NCBI GenBank assembly: GCA_020356085.1
Contig: CP070633.1
Coordinates: 1,336,863 to 1,391,571, forward strand
Direction: 5' to 3'
From: Candidatus Coatesbacteria bacterium
Lineage (GTDB): Bacteria; RBG-13-66-14; B26-G2; WVWN01
Length of the DNA: 54,709 bases
Below the pieces are notes generated by a model, which made no database searches, was not told where the DNA came from, and saw nothing but the letters and a program-made list of their open reading frames with translations. Each line of letters starts with the position of its first letter. Positions within the stretch are counted from its first letter, which is position 1. Below are positions 51,859 through 54,709 of the stretch, in pieces. Made by a program: the position numbers and the translations under genes.

Positions 51859-53205
51859 ATGAAATTTATATCAAAAAAAGTGGTATTGGTTGCGGTTCTC
51901 GTGTCGGTTGCCGGGGCCGTCGTGCTCCTCGGTTCTATGAAGAGCGCGCACGCGGGGCCGGAGGCGGCCGCCGAACCGCGCCTCGACGCGAAGACGAAAG
52001 AGTGCGTCGATTGCCACCTGGAGAGGCGCGTCGCCGTAGACTGGATCCGGCAGTGGTCGGTTTCGGCGCACGGCGCGAAGGGCGTCGGCTGCCCGGCCTG
52101 CCACACGGCCCGGGCGGAGGATGTCGACGCGTGGGAACACGAGGGGTTCACGCTGACCCACGTACCGTCGCCGCGCGATTGCGCCAAGTGTCACAAGAGG
52201 GAGGCGGCCGAATTCGAGGCCTCCCACCACGCCAAAGCCGCGCAATTCATCGGTTCCTTGGATAACTTCCTGGGCGAGGTTGTCGAAGGCGGGCCGGCGG
52301 CGAATCTCGGTTGTAAGCAGTGCCACGGCTCCCAAGTAAAACTCGACGCCGCGGGTGTACCGGTTGCGGGGACCTGGCCTAATACCGGCATCGGCCGCGT
52401 AAACCCCGACGGCTCGTGGGGAACGTGTACGGCGTGCCATACCAAACACATGTTCCGTAAAATACAGGCCCGCGAGCCCGCGACCTGCGGCCGGTGCCAC
52501 ATGGGGCCCGACCATCCCCAACTCGAAATATTCGAGGAGTCCAAACACGGCATCAACTTCGCCGCGTACCGGCAGGAGATGGCGTTGGAGGCCGACGAGT
52601 GGATAGTCGGCGAGACGTACACCGCCGCGCCTACGTGCGCGACCTGCCACGTAAGCGCTACGCCGACGATGAACGTAACCCACGACGTCGGCGCCCGCAT
52701 CGCCTGGACCTTGCGTCCCATCGTCTCTAAAAAGCTGGAGAACTGGGAGGCGAAACGCGGACAGATGAGGGCGGTCTGCCTGGAGTGCCACGGGAAGACG
52801 TGGGTCGATAACTATTTCTTGATGTACGACGACGCCGTCGAATTGTATAACGACAAGTTCGGCGCGCCCTCGAAAGCCGTCATGGACGAGCTAAAAGCGG
52901 CCGGCGCCATAACGGCCACGCCGTTCGACGATAAGATCGAATGGACGTTCTTCGAGCTTTGGCATCACGAAGGCCGGCGCGCCCGGATGGGCGCCTCCAT
53001 GATGGGCCCCGACTTCACGCAGTGGCACGGCTTCTACGAGGTCGCGAATCATTTCTATAACCGGTTCGTCCCGGAGGCGGAGGCGCTTCGCCCAGGTATT
53101 ACGGCCGAGGTGCTGGGGATGCCCGAACACGGCTGGCGGAGGGGCCTATCCGCGGAAGAGATCGAGGAGATGTTGAAGTACTACGAGAAGAGGTACGGGG
53201 ACTAG
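51859..53205 (+). CDS. HAO-family (hydroxylamine oxidoreductase-like) octaheme cytochrome c, short form
   Basis: GGAGGAGG SD before ATG 51859. N-terminal signal/anchor. Eight CxxCH sites: CVDCH, CPACH, CAKCH, CKQCH, CTACH, CGRCH, CATCH, CLECH. Also the HAO-type motif ELWHHEGRRARMGASMMGPDFTQWHG. Confidence 0.75.
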   Translation: MKFISKKVVLVAVLVSVAGAVVLLGSMKSAHAGPEAAAEPRLDAKTKECVDCHLERRVAVDWIRQWSVSAHGAKGVGCPACHTARAEDVDAWEHEGFTLTHVPSPRDCAKCHKREAAEFEASHHAKAAQFIGSLDNFLGEVVEGGPAANLGCKQCHGSQVKLDAAGVPVAGTWPNTGIGRVNPDGSWGTCTACHTKHMFRKIQAREPATCGRCHMGPDHPQLEIFEESKHGINFAAYRQEMALEADEWIVGETYTAAPTCATCHVSATPTMNVTHDVGARIAWTLRPIVSKKLENWEAKRGQMRAVCLECHGKTWVDNYFLMYDDAVELYNDKFGAPSKAVMDELKAAGAITATPFDDKIEWTFFELWHHEGRRARMGASMMGPDFTQWHGFYEVANHFYNRFVPEAEALRPGITAEVLGMPEHGWRRGLSAEEIEEMLKYYEKRYGD

Positions 53206-53236
53206 CGCTCCGGCCTTCGCTCGAATGATTATTCGA

Positions 53237-53260
53237 AGCCGCGCCTCGGCGCGGCTTTTT
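53237..53260 (+). terminator. Intrinsic terminator after the octaheme cytochrome gene
   Basis: AGCCGCGC / GCGCGGCT 8-bp stem, CTCG loop, T5 run. Confidence 0.6.
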
Positions 53261-53368
53261 GATGAGGCTACGGTTCGGTAAAGAAAAGGTTTCGCCCGGC
53301 CCCTGGCCGTGATAGTATTTGCCCCCGTAAAACACGCTTCCGAAACTACCCTTTCCGGGAGGTTTGTG

Positions 53369-54106
53369 ATGCTAAGGCTAACTTCAGCTGCGGTCGTGCT
53401 GTTGGCGGCCGCTGCGGCGGCGACGACGTGGTTTCCCGTGGAAGTTACTTGCCCGCTCTGCGAGACGACAAACGAATTCAACACGGTGGGAAGTTGGGGA
53501 ACGTACATCTACGATTGGCCGTCGAAATATGAGTTGGTTTACTGGCCGTACACGGACGGTAACGTCCTATATTCGTGCTGGAATTGCAAACTCACTTGTT
53601 TTATGAGCGATTTCGACGACGTGCCTCCGGAAAAATCCGAGGCGTTCCGCGCGGCGCTGGCGGAGGTGGACTTCGGCGGCGAGTACGCGAGTTACGCCGA
53701 GATCCCGATGTCGGCGCGCCTCGCCGCGGCCGAGAAGGTGTACGCGGAATGGGATCGCGGCGACGACTTCTGGTGCCATTTCTACCGCCTCCTCGGGTAC
53801 CACTGCGCGGCGGAGGGCCTCGAGGTAGAGGCCGCGGCGGCCCGCGGTAAAGCCCTGGCGCTCGCGGAGGGGTTTATGGAGGACGAAGGCCGCGCCGGCG
53901 AGCGCAAGGAGTTCCTGATGATAACCGGCGCGATGCGCTACCTGCGAGGCGACGTCGCCTCCGCCCGCGACGATTTCGAGGAGGCGCTAACGTTGACCTA
54001 TGAGAACGCGGAGTTGGAGGCTAAACGCAACGAGAACTACGACGAGTACCTGACCTCCTTGCTCCAGGCGTACGTAGAGAAAATCGACACCGGCGGCGAG
54101 GGGTAG
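53369..54106 (+). CDS. Secreted zinc-ribbon plus helical-repeat protein (tentatively DUF2225-like)
   Basis: GGGAGG SD before ATG 53369. Signal peptide MLRLTSAAVVLLAAAAAATT. CPLC...CWNC pair followed by a TPR-like helical region. The family assignment is tentative. Confidence 0.45.
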   Translation: MLRLTSAAVVLLAAAAAATTWFPVEVTCPLCETTNEFNTVGSWGTYIYDWPSKYELVYWPYTDGNVLYSCWNCKLTCFMSDFDDVPPEKSEAFRAALAEVDFGGEYASYAEIPMSARLAAAEKVYAEWDRGDDFWCHFYRLLGYHCAAEGLEVEAAAARGKALALAEGFMEDEGRAGERKEFLMITGAMRYLRGDVASARDDFEEALTLTYENAELEAKRNENYDEYLTSLLQAYVEKIDTGGEG

Positions 54107-54125
54107 CGTTGGAGGAGGCGCGGAC

Positions 54126-54709
54126 ATGACGTTAGCGAAGACGGTACGCGCGATCATTCTAAGTATAGCCACGGCAGCCGCAGCCCCGGCGGCCAATCCG
54201 CAGGTTACGGCCACCTTCTCCATCGTCGCCTACGACGCCGAGACGCAGGAGTGGGGGATCGGCGTGGCCTCCCGCGTCCTGGCCGTGGGCTACATCGTCC
54301 CGTGGGCGGAGGCGGGCGTCGGCGCGATTGCGACGCAGGCGCTGGCCAAGATCGACTACGGCCCGGACGGCCTCGCGCTGCTCAGGGAGGGACTCTCGGC
54401 GGAGGAGGTCCTCGCGCAACTCCTGGCGGCGGACGAGGGCCGCGAACAGCGGCAGGTCGCCGTCGTGGACGCCGCGGGCAACGTGGTTGCCTTCACCGGC
54501 GCGGAGACGTTTGCCTGGTCCGGCCACCGGACCGGCCCGGCCTATTCGGTGCAGGGGAACATCCTCGTCGGCGAGGAAGTCTTGTCCGAGATGGAGCGGG
54601 CTTACGTCCAGACGGAGGGGCCGCTGGCGCGCCGGCTCGTGGAGGCGCTCAAAGCGGGAGAGGCCGCCGGCGGCGACAAGCGCGGCAAGGAGTCGGCGGC
54701 GCTGCTCGT
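54126..54709 (+). CDS. DUF1028-family (Ntn-hydrolase fold) protein with a signal peptide; 3' end lies outside the window
   Basis: GGAGGAGG SD before ATG 54126. The frame stays open to the window end, so it is absent from the ORF track. TFSIVAYDAETQEWGIGVASRVLAVGYIVPWAEAGVGAIATQA is typical of DUF1028. Confidence 0.7.
   Translation, partial: MTLAKTVRAIILSIATAAAAPAANPQVTATFSIVAYDAETQEWGIGVASRVLAVGYIVPWAEAGVGAIATQALAKIDYGPDGLALLREGLSAEEVLAQLLAADEGREQRQVAVVDAAGNVVAFTGAETFAWSGHRTGPAYSVQGNILVGEEVLSEMERAYVQTEGPLARRLVEALKAGEAAGGDKRGKESAALL

Noticed and set aside
1-54709. A search for tRNA/rRNA genes, CRISPR repeat-spacer periodicity, IS-element inverted repeats, and integrase, transposase or phage genes
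   Set aside because: I saw no T-loop-like GGTTCGA-type motif in a non-coding context, no regularly spaced direct repeats, and no ORF with recombinase or transposase motifs. A visual scan cannot exclude small ncRNAs.

Overview
A 54.7 kb GC-rich chromosomal segment (roughly mid-60s % GC by eye), probably from an uncultivated diderm bacterium. The diderm call rests on an AsmA-like protein, a GT9 heptosyltransferase, FtsEX, and large secreted proteins ending in a terminal-Phe beta-signal. I call 43 protein-coding genes, two of them cut by the window edges. I found no rRNA, tRNA, CRISPR array, transposase or integrase. Content is mostly cell-envelope and transport: three MFS transporters, AsmA, FtsEX, RlpA, three GT-C-type membrane glycosyltransferases (two fused to TPR arrays), GT9, ManC, a UbiA-family polyprenyl-phosphate phosphoribosyltransferase cluster, and a sulfatase-fold transferase. 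There is also redox biology (NosR/NapH-like polyferredoxin, a tetraheme cytochrome fusion, a short HAO-like octaheme cytochrome) and a 1558-aa soluble multi-GAF histidine kinase. The items most worth a second look: (1) three small secreted proteins at 1.0-2.9 kb share a conserved C-terminal tail, and the middle one is interrupted by an in-frame UGA in a Cys-x-x-UGA context followed by a SECIS-like hairpin; (2) a stand-alone PRC/MgtE_N/CBS cytosolic protein is start/stop-coupled to an Nramp whose metal-site residues look like the Mg-transporting NRMT clade; (3) a short stand-alone HAO-like octaheme cytochrome; (4) a low-GC orphan gene pair at 49.9-51.6 kb; (5) promoter-like hexamers placed 6 nt from start codons, suggesting leaderless mRNAs. 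All functional calls come from motif recognition by eye on the translated ORFs. No database search was run.
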